NCBI GenBank assembly: GCA_963815195.1
Contig: CAWFGE010000012.1
Location: 32,001 to 96,000, forward strand
Direction of reading: 5' to 3'
DNA from: an uncultured Planctomycetaceae bacterium
Lineage (GTDB): Bacteria > Planctomycetota > Planctomycetia > Planctomycetales > Planctomycetaceae
DNA: 64,000 nt
A program made the translations under genes and the position numbers. Shown here one piece after another: positions 42,058 to 52,806 of the stretch. How positions within the stretch are numbered: position 1 is the first letter of the stretch; every line of letters starts with the position of its first letter. Under the pieces are notes generated by a model, which worked only from the letters and a program-made list of their open reading frames with translations, was not told the origin of the DNA and searched no databases.

Positions 42058-43483
42058 GAGCGGCAAGCCCCAACCGGATTCCAGCGGAGGCGAAGTCGTG
42101 ACGCGGGAACGGTACGTTCCCGCACAACACACCTGCACTTCGATCACGCGGGAAATCAGCGAAATCGTTTTGGAACGCCCGACGCAGCGCGGCTGGTACA
42201 TCGCCTTCGGCATCGCGCTTCTCTTTTTGGTGACATTCCTCGCGGTCGTGGTTTATTTGCTTGTGATGGGCGTCGGCATTTGGGGGATTAACATTCCCGT
42301 CGCCTGGTGCTTTGCGATCACCAGCTTTGTGTGGTGGGTCGGGATCGGACATGCCGGCACGCTGATCTCGGCGATTTTGCTTTTGATGCACCAAAAATGG
42401 CGGACGTCGATCAACCGCATCGCCGAGGCCATGACGATCTTCGCCGTGATGTGCGCGGGGATGTTTCCGCTCTTGCATCTCGGCCGGCCGTGGTTCTTTT
42501 ATTGGCTGCTCCCCTATACCAACACGATGGGCCTTTGGCCTCAGTTCCGCAGCGCCCTCGTCTGGGACGTGTTCGCGGTCGGGACCTACTTTACCGTCTC
42601 GCTGATTTTCTGGTACGTCGGCATGGTTCCCGATCTGGCCACCTTGCGGGACCGCGCTCCCGCGGGCCGGGCGAAGTTCATCTACGGGTTAATGGCGTTG
42701 GGATGGCGGAACTCGGCCCGGCACTGGCATCGCTACGAGTCCACCTATCTGCTCCTCGCGGGACTCGCCACGCCGCTGGTGATCTCTGTGCACTCCGTCG
42801 TGAGTTCCGATTTTGCGATGTCGCTCGAGCCCGGTTGGCACGAAACCGTCTTCCCCCCTTATTTCGTCGCCGGGGCGATCTATTCCGGTTTCGCCATGGT
42901 CCTGGTTTTGTGCATCCCCATCCGGCACTTTTATAACCTCAAGGACTTGATCTCCATCGACCACCTGCAAGTCATGGCCAAGATCCTCCTCGCCACGAGC
43001 TTCTTTACTTCCTACGGCTACTTCAGCGAGCAGTTTATTACGTGGATTTCCGGAGAAACCCCGGACCGCTATGTTTATGCCTATTTGCTGTTCCGGCTGG
43101 ATCTTTACGCCGGCATCACCTGGGTCGTGTTTGGATTGGTGACGCTTTCGCCGCAACTCTTGTGGATCCCGTCTTTGCGCCGCAACGAGAAGGTGCTGTT
43201 CCTGATTTCGACGGGCGTGCTAATTGGAATGTGGCTCGAACGCTACATCATTATGACCACAACGCTCAGCCGCGATTTCCTGCCCTCTTCGTGGGGGTTT
43301 TTCAAGCCGACGATTTACGATTTGTTGACCTATTTCGGATCGATGGGACTGTTTCTTGTCGCGTTCCTGCTGTTCTGCCGGTTTTTGCCCATGATCTCGA
43401 TGGCGGAGATGCGCGGCCTTCTGCCGGCGCGCATGGACATAAGGAAGGGCGGTGAAAAGTGGAATATCAGGTTTACGGATTGA
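42047..43483 (+). CDS. actC: Alternative complex III ActC (NrfD/PsrC-like quinol-binding membrane subunit)
   Basis: FVWWVGIGHAGTLISAIL, RIAEAMT, HLGRPW, QFRSALVWDVFAV, PPYFVAGAIYSGFAMV, GMWLERY. Confidence 0.95.
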   Translation: MTPESGKPQPDSSGGEVVTRERYVPAQHTCTSITREISEIVLERPTQRGWYIAFGIALLFLVTFLAVVVYLLVMGVGIWGINIPVAWCFAITSFVWWVGIGHAGTLISAILLLMHQKWRTSINRIAEAMTIFAVMCAGMFPLLHLGRPWFFYWLLPYTNTMGLWPQFRSALVWDVFAVGTYFTVSLIFWYVGMVPDLATLRDRAPAGRAKFIYGLMALGWRNSARHWHRYESTYLLLAGLATPLVISVHSVVSSDFAMSLEPGWHETVFPPYFVAGAIYSGFAMVLVLCIPIRHFYNLKDLISIDHLQVMAKILLATSFFTSYGYFSEQFITWISGETPDRYVYAYLLFRLDLYAGITWVVFGLVTLSPQLLWIPSLRRNEKVLFLISTGVLIGMWLERYIIMTTTLSRDFLPSSWGFFKPTIYDLLTYFGSMGLFLVAFLLFCRFLPMISMAEMRGLLPARMDIRKGGEKWNIRFTD

Positions 43484-44046
43484 TGGCGGAATATGAAACG
43501 CCCGATGCCATCCTCGCGGCGGCGAAAAAAGCCTACGAGGCCGGCTATCGCCAGATGGACGGCTACAGCCCCTATCCCGTGGAAGGCCTTTCTCAAGCGC
43601 TCGGGCATTCGCACACCCGCATCCCTTCGATTGTCTTGATCGGGGCCGTTGTCGGCGCGGCGGCGGGGTTCTTCATGCAATATTATGCGATGGCGGTCGA
43701 TTATCCGTTCAACTCCGGCGGCCGGCCCTTGAACAGTTGGCCGGCCTTTGTTCCGGTGATGTTTGAGGCGATGGTGCTCGTGGCTTCCTTCGCGGCCGTG
43801 TTCGGTTTGCTGTTCTTAAACGGGCTGCCGCATTTGAATCATCCGGTCATGAGCGTGGAAGAATTTGCCCGCGCGAGCCAGGACCGGTTCTTCCTGTGCA
43901 TCGAAGCCGTTGACCCCAATTTCCACCTCGTGGAGACGGCGAATTTTCTGATCACGACCGAACCCTTGGGCAACGTGCTGGAAGTGCCTTTGGAGGAAAG
44001 CTCCGAAGAGCAGCCCTCCGTGCCCGTCAAGATGCTCACAAAATAA
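43459..44046 (+). CDS. actD: Alternative complex III ActD (DUF3341-like)
   Basis: GLMAEY, YSPYPVEGL, GGRPLNSWPAFVPVMFE, ASQDRFFLCIE. Confidence 0.9.
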   Translation: MEYQVYGLMAEYETPDAILAAAKKAYEAGYRQMDGYSPYPVEGLSQALGHSHTRIPSIVLIGAVVGAAAGFFMQYYAMAVDYPFNSGGRPLNSWPAFVPVMFEAMVLVASFAAVFGLLFLNGLPHLNHPVMSVEEFARASQDRFFLCIEAVDPNFHLVETANFLITTEPLGNVLEVPLEESSEEQPSVPVKMLTK

Positions 44047-44066
44047 TCCCGTTGAGAATCGCGATC

Positions 44067-44834
44067 ATGTCCTGCCACCCCAACAACGCGAGGCGGACCG
44101 GCAAGCACCGCTTCCAGTGCATTGCTCTCGCGACCGGCGTGTTCGTTGTGCTGGGTGCTTGTCTTGGATGCCAACAGAAGATGGCCGATCAGCCGAGCCT
44201 CGCCCCGCTTGAATCGTCCGAGTTTTTCGGGGACGGCCGCGCTTCGCGGGACTTGGTGGAAGGCACTGTGCCGCGGGGCCATCTGCGGACCGATGCGCAT
44301 CTTTATACGGGCCGAGTCGCGGAGAATGCATCCGGCACACAACAAGGAAATCAACAGAACCAGAACAACCAGAACCAGAACAATCAAGACAAAGAGAATA
44401 ACAACCAGAACAATCAAACCGCTGCACAGAAAATGTTTGCCCGGCCCGCGTTTGTCGACACGTTTCCGTTCCCCATCACGAAGGAGATCCTCACGCTCGG
44501 GTATCACCGCTATATGATTTATTGCGTCGTCTGCCACGATCCCCTGGGAACCGGGCGGGGCACGATCGTCGAACGCGGTTACACGCAGCCGCCTTCCTAT
44601 CACATCGAGCGGCTGCGGAAGGTGCCCCCCGGACATCTTTTCGCCGTCATCAGCGAAGGCTACGGCTCGATGCCTTCCTACGGCGACCAGATCCCGCCAC
44701 ACGACCGCTGGGCGATTGCCGCTTATGTCCGGGCTTTGCAGTTGAGCCAGCATTTCCCCAAGGACCAGTTGACGCCCGATATGCAGTCCGAATGGAACAA
44801 AACCCAGGCCCGACAGAAGGAGGAAGGAAAATGA
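44067..44834 (+). CDS. actE: Alternative complex III ActE monoheme lipoprotein
   Basis: Lipobox-like LGC, MADQP, FFGDGRASR..GTVPRG, CVVCH, MPSY..DRWAIAAYVRALQLSQ. Confidence 0.9.
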   Translation: MSCHPNNARRTGKHRFQCIALATGVFVVLGACLGCQQKMADQPSLAPLESSEFFGDGRASRDLVEGTVPRGHLRTDAHLYTGRVAENASGTQQGNQQNQNNQNQNNQDKENNNQNNQTAAQKMFARPAFVDTFPFPITKEILTLGYHRYMIYCVVCHDPLGTGRGTIVERGYTQPPSYHIERLRKVPPGHLFAVISEGYGSMPSYGDQIPPHDRWAIAAYVRALQLSQHFPKDQLTPDMQSEWNKTQARQKEEGK

Positions 44835-46054
44835 GCGCCGACACCTCAACCTTCCATTCCACCCTCCGCAGCTGGCAAAAGCGGGCGTTCGTGGCCGGGG
44901 GCGTTGCGGCGGCGATTTGCGCGGTCGCCGCGTTCTTCCTGCCGGCCCAGTTCTTTCGCGCGTATCTCGCGGCTTATATGTTTTGGCTGGGCGTCTGTCT
45001 GGGCAGCCTGGCGATCCTGATGCTTTACCATTTGACCGGAGGGGCCTGGGGCTATCTCATTCGCCGAATTCTCGAAGCCCAAATCAGCACGCTGCCGCTG
45101 ATGATGGTGCTGTTTATTCCCCTCGCGTTCGGGCTTTCGGAAATCTATCTCTGGGCGCAGCCCGACGTCGTCGAGAAATACGAAGCCATCCGCAATTCGC
45201 GGTTTTATCTCAACGAAACCTTTTTCTTAATCCGCGCACCGTTGTACTTCGGCGTTTGGCTGCTGTTTATGTTTTTGCTCAAAAGGCTCACTCGCAAGCA
45301 GGCCGAGACCGGCGAACCCTCCTTGCCGCATCGCCTTCAACGAACCAGCGAAATCGGGCTGGTGCTGTTTGGAACGGCGTTGCACTTTGCGGCGTTTGAT
45401 TGGATCCAGACCCTGCAATCCCACTTCCATTCGAGCATCTTCCCGCTCTTGGTCGCGGCGACGCAGTTGCTCTCCGCCCAGACGTTTGCCGTCCTGGTAT
45501 TCGGCATTTTGACAGCCAAATTCCGCGCCAGCGAACTGGCTTCCACAAGCGCCCTCATCGACCTGGGAAACCTGATCCTGACGTTCCTCATCATCTCTGC
45601 CTACTTGATGTGGTTTCAGTACATGCTCGTGTGGATCGCAAATTTGCCCTACGGAAGCATGTGGTATCTCCCCCGGATCCTCGGCGGCTGGGGCGCAGTG
45701 ATTATCGCCTTAATGGCGCTACAGTTTGGGATTCCCCTCCTCTTGCTGTTGCAAAAGCCGATCAAATCCAACCCGAAACGATTGGCGGCGCTGGCGGGGA
45801 TGATGTTCATTCTGCAAGCCGTCCTCACCTATTGGTTGATTATCCCCGTGTTCCCCGGCGTCTCGATGCTGGAGCATTGGATGGACTTCATCACCCCGAT
45901 CGCCATCGGCGGCCTGAATCTCGGAATGTTCTTGGGGCAACTGCTGAAACACGAACTCGTCGTCGCCAACGATCCCAACCGCAAGCGGGCGCTGGAGCTC
46001 TACGAAATGGATCGCGAGACGGTGGAACGAAAGGAGGCTTTGGCGCATGGCTGA
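44831..46054 (+). CDS. actF: Alternative complex III ActF membrane subunit
   Basis: HLTGGAWG..RRILEA, YLNETFFLIRA, DLGNL, YLMWFQYMLVWIANLP; about 10 TMs; ATGA overlap with actE. Confidence 0.88.
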   Translation: MSADTSTFHSTLRSWQKRAFVAGGVAAAICAVAAFFLPAQFFRAYLAAYMFWLGVCLGSLAILMLYHLTGGAWGYLIRRILEAQISTLPLMMVLFIPLAFGLSEIYLWAQPDVVEKYEAIRNSRFYLNETFFLIRAPLYFGVWLLFMFLLKRLTRKQAETGEPSLPHRLQRTSEIGLVLFGTALHFAAFDWIQTLQSHFHSSIFPLLVAATQLLSAQTFAVLVFGILTAKFRASELASTSALIDLGNLILTFLIISAYLMWFQYMLVWIANLPYGSMWYLPRILGGWGAVIIALMALQFGIPLLLLLQKPIKSNPKRLAALAGMMFILQAVLTYWLIIPVFPGVSMLEHWMDFITPIAIGGLNLGMFLGQLLKHELVVANDPNRKRALELYEMDRETVERKEALAHG

Positions 46055-46562
46055 ACATCACGAAGAGGCCAAGGAGGTGAAAGAGCCTGTGGCCCCGGAA
46101 CATCACACGGTTCATTATGAACCGCGCGACGTCGAGTTTCGCTGGGTGCTTTATGGAGCGATCACCTTAGTGTGCACGGGGGCGACAATCTGCGTCGCGG
46201 TCTTTTTCTATCATCAGGCCAAGATCCGCGCGGTTTCCGAAGACGGCCGAGGCTTCCCCCTCGCGCCGCATCCGCTGTCGGAACTTCCCGCAAAGCCCCG
46301 GCTCGACCCGCTCGAAAAACTCTCGGCCGAAGAAGCCACGCGGATCTACCATCGCCACGATCAAATGATGCAACGACTTCAAAGTTACGGCGCAGCCTCC
46401 CAAGACGGCTACCTGCACGTGCCGATCGACCGGGCGATGGAGACGCTCGCGGGCGAACTCCCGGTCCGCAAGACCTCCGTCAAAAACTCGCTGCGGGACA
46501 ACGGCTTAATCGATTCCGGGGAACCCAACTCCGGCCGGCTCTTTCGCAAGGCTCCAGAATAA
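46047..46562 (+). CDS. actG: ActG-like single-TM subunit
   Basis: HYEPRDV, one TM, P-x-PRL, LQSYG..HVPIDRAM; position between actF and SCO. Confidence 0.7.
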   Translation: MAEHHEEAKEVKEPVAPEHHTVHYEPRDVEFRWVLYGAITLVCTGATICVAVFFYHQAKIRAVSEDGRGFPLAPHPLSELPAKPRLDPLEKLSAEEATRIYHRHDQMMQRLQSYGAASQDGYLHVPIDRAMETLAGELPVRKTSVKNSLRDNGLIDSGEPNSGRLFRKAPE

Positions 46563-47451
46563 TGCAACGCCATCGAAACACAATCTCCGATTGTCACACA
46601 CCGAAGCCCCTGGCATCGGCGGCGTGGATGATGTTCGTTGTGCTGATTGACTTCGCCGCGATGTGTCCCGCGCGCTTAGACGCCAAACAGCCGGTATTGC
46701 CGAAGGCCTTGCGAACGGTGGGATTCGATCAGCGGCTCAATGAGCAGTTGCCCCTGGACCTGGAATTCCGCGATGAAGACGGCCGCCGCGTCCGGCTCAA
46801 GCAGTTTTTCGGCGAAAAGCCGGTGCTGCTGACACTGGCCTATTTCCGCTGCCCCCGGCTCTGCACCCAGGTCCTGACGGGTGCGGCGAACAGCATGCCG
46901 CGAAACCGGTTTTACGCTCGGCGAGGACTTCGAAATCGATCACCGTCAGCTTCGATCCCACGGACACGCCCCGCGACGCCCGCGCTAAGAAAGAAACCTA
47001 TATGCGCTACTATGGAGACAAGAGCCGATCCCCGAACTGGCATTTCTTGACCGGCAACCAGGAGGCAATCACGAAGCTGACGAAAGCCGTGGGCTTTCGT
47101 TATGCCTATGACCCCAAGACCAAGCAGTTCGCCCATGCCGCGGGCCTCGTGATCCTGACTCCCCAGGGCAAGATCTCGCGGTATCTTTACGATGTGCGTT
47201 ATCCCGGCAAAGATTTGCGGCTTGCGCTCGTCGAGGCTTCTCAAAACCAGATCGGCAGCCCCACCGACCAGGTGCTGTTGTTCTGCTTCCATTACGATCC
47301 TGTCGCGGGGCGCTATGGCGCGGCGATTATGAACTTTGTCCGCCTGGGCGGCGTGTTGACGATTGTCGGCCTCGGTTATTTCTTCTGGCATCTATGCCGG
47401 CACCAACCGCGCCAAGCCGCCCCGCGCGAAGTCGAAGGCGAACCCGCCTAG
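46562..47451 (+). CDS. SCO family copper chaperone, two apparent +1 frameshifts (about 46899 and 46939)
   Basis: VGFDQRLNEQLP, CPRLC; removing two bases gives MRETGFTLGEDFEIITVSFDP..WHFLTG..FAHAAG..ISRYLY..LFCFHYDP. Confidence 0.88.
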
Positions 47452-47532
47452 TCGTTGAGACACATCGGGCTGAACCGCCTAGGCAAGTCATCAATCCGCG
47501 ACGAATTCACGAATCCACCAGACGAGCGACCT

Positions 47533-48543
47533 ATGGACACCGGAACCGCATTCTTTCCCAAGCAAGCGACGACGACCGCCGCGGAGGTGGATAATCTCTT
47601 TTTGTTTCTCACCGTGGTTTGCGGGTCCGTGGGGTTTCTTGTGGCCTGTCTGCTGATTTATTTTTCCATCAAGTATCGCCGCCGTTCGGAACTCGAACCC
47701 AATCCTCCTCGCGTTCAAAACAAAAAGCTGGAATGGTTCTGGACGATCTCGCCGCTGTTTTTTTTCCTGATCATGTTCGTGTGGGGCGCGCGGGTTTATC
47801 TCAATGCCTATACCCCCGCCAGCGATGCGATGCGGATCTATGGAGTCGGCAAACAATGGATGTGGAAGTTCCAGCATCCCAACGGGCAGCGGGAGATTAA
47901 CACCTTGCATGTCCCGCGCGGCCGTCCGGTCCAGTTGATGATGATTTCGGAGGATGTGATTCACAGCTTTTTCGTGCCCGAGTTCCGCGTCCATATGGAC
48001 CTCCTGCCGAACCGCTATACCTCGATGAGTTTCACGGCCACCCGGCTCGGCGAATATCACCTGTTTTGCTCTGAATACTGCGGCACGAATCACGCCGGCA
48101 TGCGAGGCAGGGTGATCGTGATGGAGCCGGCGGAATACGAAGCCTGGCTCACTCGAAACGCGGAAGGGTCGATGGCTTTGGAAGGGCGGAAAATCTTTTT
48201 GAAATATCGCTGCGTCAGTTGCCATTCCGCCAAGGAGGATGCGGCCGCTCCGGTTCTGGAAAACGTGTTCGGGAAACCGGTCCGGCTGAAAGACGGAACG
48301 ACCGTGCTTGCGGATGAAGAGTACATCCGGCAGTCGATCATGGAGCCGGATTCGCAGATTGTCGCGGGCTGGCAAAACATCATGCCGACGTTTAAGGGCC
48401 AGGTCACCGAGGCCGAGGTGTTTCAACTTGTCGCATATTTCCAGTCGCTGGCCAAGGGGGAAACCCCGGATCGGGTGGAGAGTTATCCCCCTCCTCGAAG
48501 CACGCCGGCTATTAGTCCCTCGGAGGAAGCGGAGCCTCAATGA
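47533..48543 (+). CDS. coxB: Cytochrome c oxidase subunit II with fused cytochrome c (caa3 type)
   Basis: LEWFWT, QWMWKF, DVIHSF, CuA motif [13 protein letters not shown]-terminal CVSCH. Confidence 0.95.
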   Translation: MDTGTAFFPKQATTTAAEVDNLFLFLTVVCGSVGFLVACLLIYFSIKYRRRSELEPNPPRVQNKKLEWFWTISPLFFFLIMFVWGARVYLNAYTPASDAMRIYGVGKQWMWKFQHPNGQREINTLHVPRGRPVQLMMISEDVIHSFFVPEFRVHMDLLPNRYTSMSFTATRLGEYHLFCSEYCGTNHAGMRGRVIVMEPAEYEAWLTRNAEGSMALEGRKIFLKYRCVSCHSAKEDAAAPVLENVFGKPVRLKDGTTVLADEEYIRQSIMEPDSQIVAGWQNIMPTFKGQVTEAEVFQLVAYFQSLAKGETPDRVESYPPPRSTPAISPSEEAEPQ

Positions 48544-50189
48544 GTATCGAAGTCATGCCGCGCCGCCGGGACGAGATTCCCGACGCGGTCGAAGCCGATA
48601 ACTATTTGAACGTGGCCTATGGCGTTTTGTCGTGGCTGCTGACGAAAGACCATAAGCGGATCGCGATTATGTATCTGCTGTCGGTCACGGTGATGTTCTT
48701 TGTGGGCGGGTTCGCCATCTCGGTCGCCAGGCTAAACTTACTGACGCCCGAAGGGGCGCTTGTGGATGCCGACACCTATAATCGCCTTTTCACCATGCAT
48801 GGCGTGATTATGGTGTTTTTCTTCCTGGTCCCGGTCGTCCCAGCGGTCTTGGGGAACTTTTTCCTGCCGCTGATGATCGGCGCTAAGGACCTCGCCTTTC
48901 CGCGCGTCAACCTCTTGAGCTGGTATCTCTATATGATCGGGGCCGGCGGCGCGATGTATGCGATGATCGCCGGCGGCGTGGACACCGGTTGGACGTTTTA
49001 CACCCCTTATAGCTCCCACTCCACGCACTATAACGTGGTCTGGACGATGGCGGCCATCGTCGTCGCGGGCTTTTCGTCGCTCGCGACGGGATTGAATTTT
49101 ATCGTCACAACGCATTGGCTTCGCGCTCCGGGCATGACGTGGATGCGGTTGCCGATTTTCGTCTGGACCCTGTACGCCACGAGTTGGATCTTCCTGATGG
49201 CGGTCCCCGTTATTGCAATCGCCTTGATGCTCGTGATCTTTGAACGGATTTTTCATATTGGAGTGTTCGATCCGGCCTTAGGCGGCGACCCCCTGTTGTT
49301 CCAGCACTTGTTCTGGTTTTATTCCCACCCGGCGGTTTACATTATGATTCTCCCCGGCATGGGCATCGTCAGCGAGATCATTCCCTGTTTTAGCCGCAAA
49401 CAACTTTTCGGCTATACCTTTGTGGCGTTCGCGAGTTTCGGGATTGCCTTTCTGGGCTTTCTGGTCTGGGCACACCATATGTTTGTCGCCGGCATCTCCA
49501 CCTATGCGGCGATGGTGTTCTCGATGCTCAGCTTTCTCGTCGCCATTCCCTCGGCGATTAAGGTGTTTAACTGGACGGCGACGCTTTACCGCGGATCGAT
49601 TTCGTTTGAAAGCCCGATGCTTTTTGCTCTCGGATTTGTCGCCTTGTTTACAACGGGCGGACTGACGGGGCTCTTCCTCGCCACACTAGGCATCGACATT
49701 CACGTCCATGACACCTACTTCGTCGTTGCGCACTTTCATTTTATTATGGTGGGCGGCATGGTAATGGCCTATATGGGCGGGCTGCATTACTGGTGGCCGA
49801 AGATCACCGGACGCATGTATTCCGAATGGTGGGCCAAGCTCGCGGCCTTGATTGTGTTTATCGGCTTCTTTCTGACGTTTATCCCGCAGTTTGTGTTGGG
49901 ATATAACGGCATGCCCCGGCGGTATCACAGTTATGTTCCCGAATTCCAGGTCTGGAACGTGCTCTCTTCCGCGGGAGCTTCCATTCTCGCCGTGGGCTAT
50001 GTGCTACCCTTGGCGTATCTCTTATATTCCCTGCGGTTCGGAACGCTTGCGGGCGAGAATCCCTGGAAGGCGACCGGCTTGGAATGGCAGACGGCTTCTC
50101 CACCCCCGCCGCACAATTTTGAAGAAACGCCGATCGTGTACCGCGAGCCCTACGAATATCACACGGGAAAGGCCCAAAATGAGCCTTAG
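48540..50189 (+). CDS. coxA: Cytochrome c oxidase subunit I, A2 type
   Basis: [24 protein letters not shown] (YS motif of A2 oxidases), WAHHM, VVAHFH, GMPRR. Confidence 0.97.
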   Translation: MSIEVMPRRRDEIPDAVEADNYLNVAYGVLSWLLTKDHKRIAIMYLLSVTVMFFVGGFAISVARLNLLTPEGALVDADTYNRLFTMHGVIMVFFFLVPVVPAVLGNFFLPLMIGAKDLAFPRVNLLSWYLYMIGAGGAMYAMIAGGVDTGWTFYTPYSSHSTHYNVVWTMAAIVVAGFSSLATGLNFIVTTHWLRAPGMTWMRLPIFVWTLYATSWIFLMAVPVIAIALMLVIFERIFHIGVFDPALGGDPLLFQHLFWFYSHPAVYIMILPGMGIVSEIIPCFSRKQLFGYTFVAFASFGIAFLGFLVWAHHMFVAGISTYAAMVFSMLSFLVAIPSAIKVFNWTATLYRGSISFESPMLFALGFVALFTTGGLTGLFLATLGIDIHVHDTYFVVAHFHFIMVGGMVMAYMGGLHYWWPKITGRMYSEWWAKLAALIVFIGFFLTFIPQFVLGYNGMPRRYHSYVPEFQVWNVLSSAGASILAVGYVLPLAYLLYSLRFGTLAGENPWKATGLEWQTASPPPPHNFEETPIVYREPYEYHTGKAQNEP

Positions 50190-50910
50190 ATCGCTACTCC
50201 TCACGCCTCGCGAGGAGAACCTGTTTAAGAACACGGCGCTCGACTTCCAGGAACTGGGAGACCAGTTTTCGTCGCTGGACCAGCAACACAAGACCGCCAC
50301 GGTCGGGATGTGGGTGTTCCTCGCAACGGAGGTCATGTTCTTCGGCGCGCTGTTTGTTTCCGTCAGCGTTTACTGGTTCACACATACGAAACCCGTCGAA
50401 TCGGCGAGCGTGAAACTCTGCTGGCAAATCGGAGCGACGAATACGATCGTCCTCTTGGTGAGCAGTTTGATGATGGCGCTCGCCGTCCATTTCGCAGAAC
50501 ACGGAGACCATAAGAAAGTCGTGCGGTTTCTGCTTTTGACCGCGGGCTTCGGCGTGCTGTTTCTCTGCCTCAAGGGACTCGAATACTATATCGATTTCCA
50601 GGACAACCTTGTTCCGGGCCTCAAATTCGACGAAGAGGAATGGCTGACGAAGGAAGGCTTGGCCCGCAGCGAAATCGGCTACGTCAAGATCTTTCTGGTT
50701 CTGTATTGGTTTATGACCGGGCTGCACGCGCTGCATATGATTATCGGCGTGACGATGGTTTCCATCGTGAGCTTTCTCACGCATCGAGGGCATTTTTCGG
50801 CCGAGCATTATACGCCGATCGAGGTCGTCGGGCTGTATTGGCACTTTGTCGATATTGTGTGGCTGTTTCTTTTTCCGGGACTCTACCTGATGGGAACCCA
50901 CCATTGGTAA
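50179..50910 (+). CDS. coxC: Cytochrome c oxidase subunit III
   Basis: [41 protein letters not shown]. Confidence 0.93.
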   Translation: MSLRSLLLTPREENLFKNTALDFQELGDQFSSLDQQHKTATVGMWVFLATEVMFFGALFVSVSVYWFTHTKPVESASVKLCWQIGATNTIVLLVSSLMMALAVHFAEHGDHKKVVRFLLLTAGFGVLFLCLKGLEYYIDFQDNLVPGLKFDEEEWLTKEGLARSEIGYVKIFLVLYWFMTGLHALHMIIGVTMVSIVSFLTHRGHFSAEHYTPIEVVGLYWHFVDIVWLFLFPGLYLMGTHHW

Positions 50911-50949
50911 CTGACAACCACAATGAAAATTGAATGACAAGGCACCTGT

Positions 50950-51255
50950 ATGTCCACGAATTCTGTTTCTGTCAGGACCATTCTCCTCATCGCGGTTGCG
51001 CTGATCATTACGACGATTATTTCCGTGAGCGTTTCCTTTATCCCGCTGGAGAGCAAATGGCACGTGACGATTGCGATGTCGATCGGGGCCTTCAAAGCGA
51101 GCCTGGTGATGTTGTTTTTCATGCAAATCATCGCCAGCCCCCGCCTGACCTGGGTCGTGATCACGGCCTCGGTGGTGTGGCTGATTGTTCTGCTGACGCT
51201 GACGCTGGTCGATTATCTCTCCCGTTCCCTGTTGCCCTTTGCACCGGGACATTAA
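50950..51255 (+). CDS. coxD: Cytochrome c oxidase subunit IV (caa3 CtaF-like)
   Basis: Three TMs, KASLVMLFFM, DYLSR. Confidence 0.85.
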   Translation: MSTNSVSVRTILLIAVALIITTIISVSVSFIPLESKWHVTIAMSIGAFKASLVMLFFMQIIASPRLTWVVITASVVWLIVLLTLTLVDYLSRSLLPFAPGH

Positions 51256-51290
51256 CAAGGCCAAGTGCATTGTCGATGTGAAGAATTCGG

Positions 51291-51387
51291 ATCAGCCGGA
51301 ATGCGCTAGCGTCCGGTTCGCTCTTCGAAGACCGGGGCGAGCGCCCTGCGGCTGATTAAAACTGAGGCGAGCGCCCTGCGGCTCATT
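51291..51387. repeat. REP doublet, family A, with an extra right arm
   Basis: ATCAGCCGGAATGCGCTAGCGTCCGGTT..ACCGGGGCGAGCGCCCTGCGGCTGATT then GAGGCGAGCGCCCTGCGGCTCATT. Confidence 0.8.
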
Positions 51388-51450
51388 TTTTGCAAACGCG
51401 AAGTTCTTGCTCTCACGAAGCACTCGTCATAACTCATAAGAGCGACTGCC

Positions 51451-51867
51451 ATGGATCCTCTTCCGAAAATCTCCAGGGCCCCCTTTGGTTTGGGAACGGC
51501 GTCTTTTGTCATCGGGTCCATCGGCCTGCTTTTGTGCCCTTTGCCGATCCTCGGGGCGCCAATTAGCTCGCTGGGACTGATCGGCGGAGTTGTGGGCTGC
51601 GGTTTGATCGCCTTTGGTTCGAGCAGCAACTTCCGCTGGTCGGCGGCGGGCGCGGTGCTGTCGGCCCTGGCACTCTCTGTGAATCTCGCGATTGCCTACG
51701 GTCCCTCCACGGAAAGCGCACCGCGCGAGGTTCCCCAAATTCACTCCACGGTCCCCAAGCGCACCTTCGTGCCTCCGCCCCGCCGCTCGCCTTATGCTCC
51801 CGAACAGAACGCGGCGGACGGCGAGCCCCGCGCGAAGTCGCCCAAGGGAAAACCTCAGAAACGTTGA
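51451..51867 (+). CDS. Small membrane protein of unknown function
   Basis: Three hydrophobic Gly-rich segments and a Pro-rich C-terminus. Confidence 0.55.
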   Translation: MDPLPKISRAPFGLGTASFVIGSIGLLLCPLPILGAPISSLGLIGGVVGCGLIAFGSSSNFRWSAAGAVLSALALSVNLAIAYGPSTESAPREVPQIHSTVPKRTFVPPPRRSPYAPEQNAADGEPRAKSPKGKPQKR

Positions 51868-51952
51868 CGGGGTTTGGTCGTCAGGTCGAGCACAAATGGA
51901 TAAAATGAAGCCCCACATTCCTTTTGTCCTCAATTGACGGAAAGCCTTGATC

Positions 51953-52795
51953 GTGAATCGACCTCCCCATGCCGCCGCCTCGCTCCCGGAACCGACCATC
52001 AGGCTCACCGAAGGCTGGCACTGTTTGCATATTTATTACCGCGTGAACCAGGCGGCCCTTAATCAGATTGGCGAATCCGACCGAGCCCAGGGCCGCGAAG
52101 AGCTGGCGAAGATCCTCGATCCCGAATCCGAGGGGGGGCCCGAACGTCTGTTGAGCTCTGTCGTGTCGGGGCATCGGGCCGATTTGGGTCTGATGCTGAT
52201 GGACCCGGACCCGCTGGTCTTGGACCGCGTGAAGCACGCCCTCCGCACGTGCGCGCTCGGGCCGGCGCTCGAGCCGGTGTATTCGTTCGTCTCGATCAGC
52301 GAGGTTTCGGAATATGTGCCCACGGTGGAGCAATACGCCGAGCGGCTGCGGAAGGAAGGCACCGCGCCGGACGATCCCACTTATGAAGCGAAGGTGAATG
52401 CGTATGCCAGCCGGCTGCCGATGATGAACAAGCAGCGGCTGTACCCCGACTTCCCGCCGCTGCCGGTGCATTGTTTTTATCCCATGAACAAAATCCGCCA
52501 CCCGCTGGCCAACTGGTACATGGAGCCCTTCAGCAGCCGAAGCGCGATGATGTCGGAACATGCGACTTCGGGGATCAAGTTCGCGGGGCGCGTGTCGCAA
52601 TTGATCACGGCGTCCACCGGTTTCGACGATTGGGAATGGGGCGTGACGCTTTGGGCCCGGAATCCCGAGTCGATTAAAGAAATCGTGTACACGATGCGGT
52701 TCGACAAAGCCTCCGCCAAGTACGCCGAGTTCGGCCCGTTTTACCTAGGCTACATCCTGCCCGCCGAGGAAGCGATCTCGCAGATTCGGCTGTAA
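51953..52795 (+). CDS. hemQ: Coproheme decarboxylase / chlorite dismutase family (HemQ/ChdC-like)
   Basis: EGWHCLH, GHRADL, SISEVSEY, FYPMNK, proximal-His candidate MMSEH, GFDDWEWGVTL, MRFD..SAKYAEFGPFY. Confidence 0.85.
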   Translation: MNRPPHAAASLPEPTIRLTEGWHCLHIYYRVNQAALNQIGESDRAQGREELAKILDPESEGGPERLLSSVVSGHRADLGLMLMDPDPLVLDRVKHALRTCALGPALEPVYSFVSISEVSEYVPTVEQYAERLRKEGTAPDDPTYEAKVNAYASRLPMMNKQRLYPDFPPLPVHCFYPMNKIRHPLANWYMEPFSSRSAMMSEHATSGIKFAGRVSQLITASTGFDDWEWGVTLWARNPESIKEIVYTMRFDKASAKYAEFGPFYLGYILPAEEAISQIRL

Positions 52796-52806
52796 TTCGC
52801 GGGGAA

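Noticed and set aside
38870..43483. Polysulfide/nitrite or other molybdoenzyme reductase
   Set aside because: The actA-actF context and ActB/ActC signature motifs indicate ACIII, whose ActB is not known to bind molybdopterin
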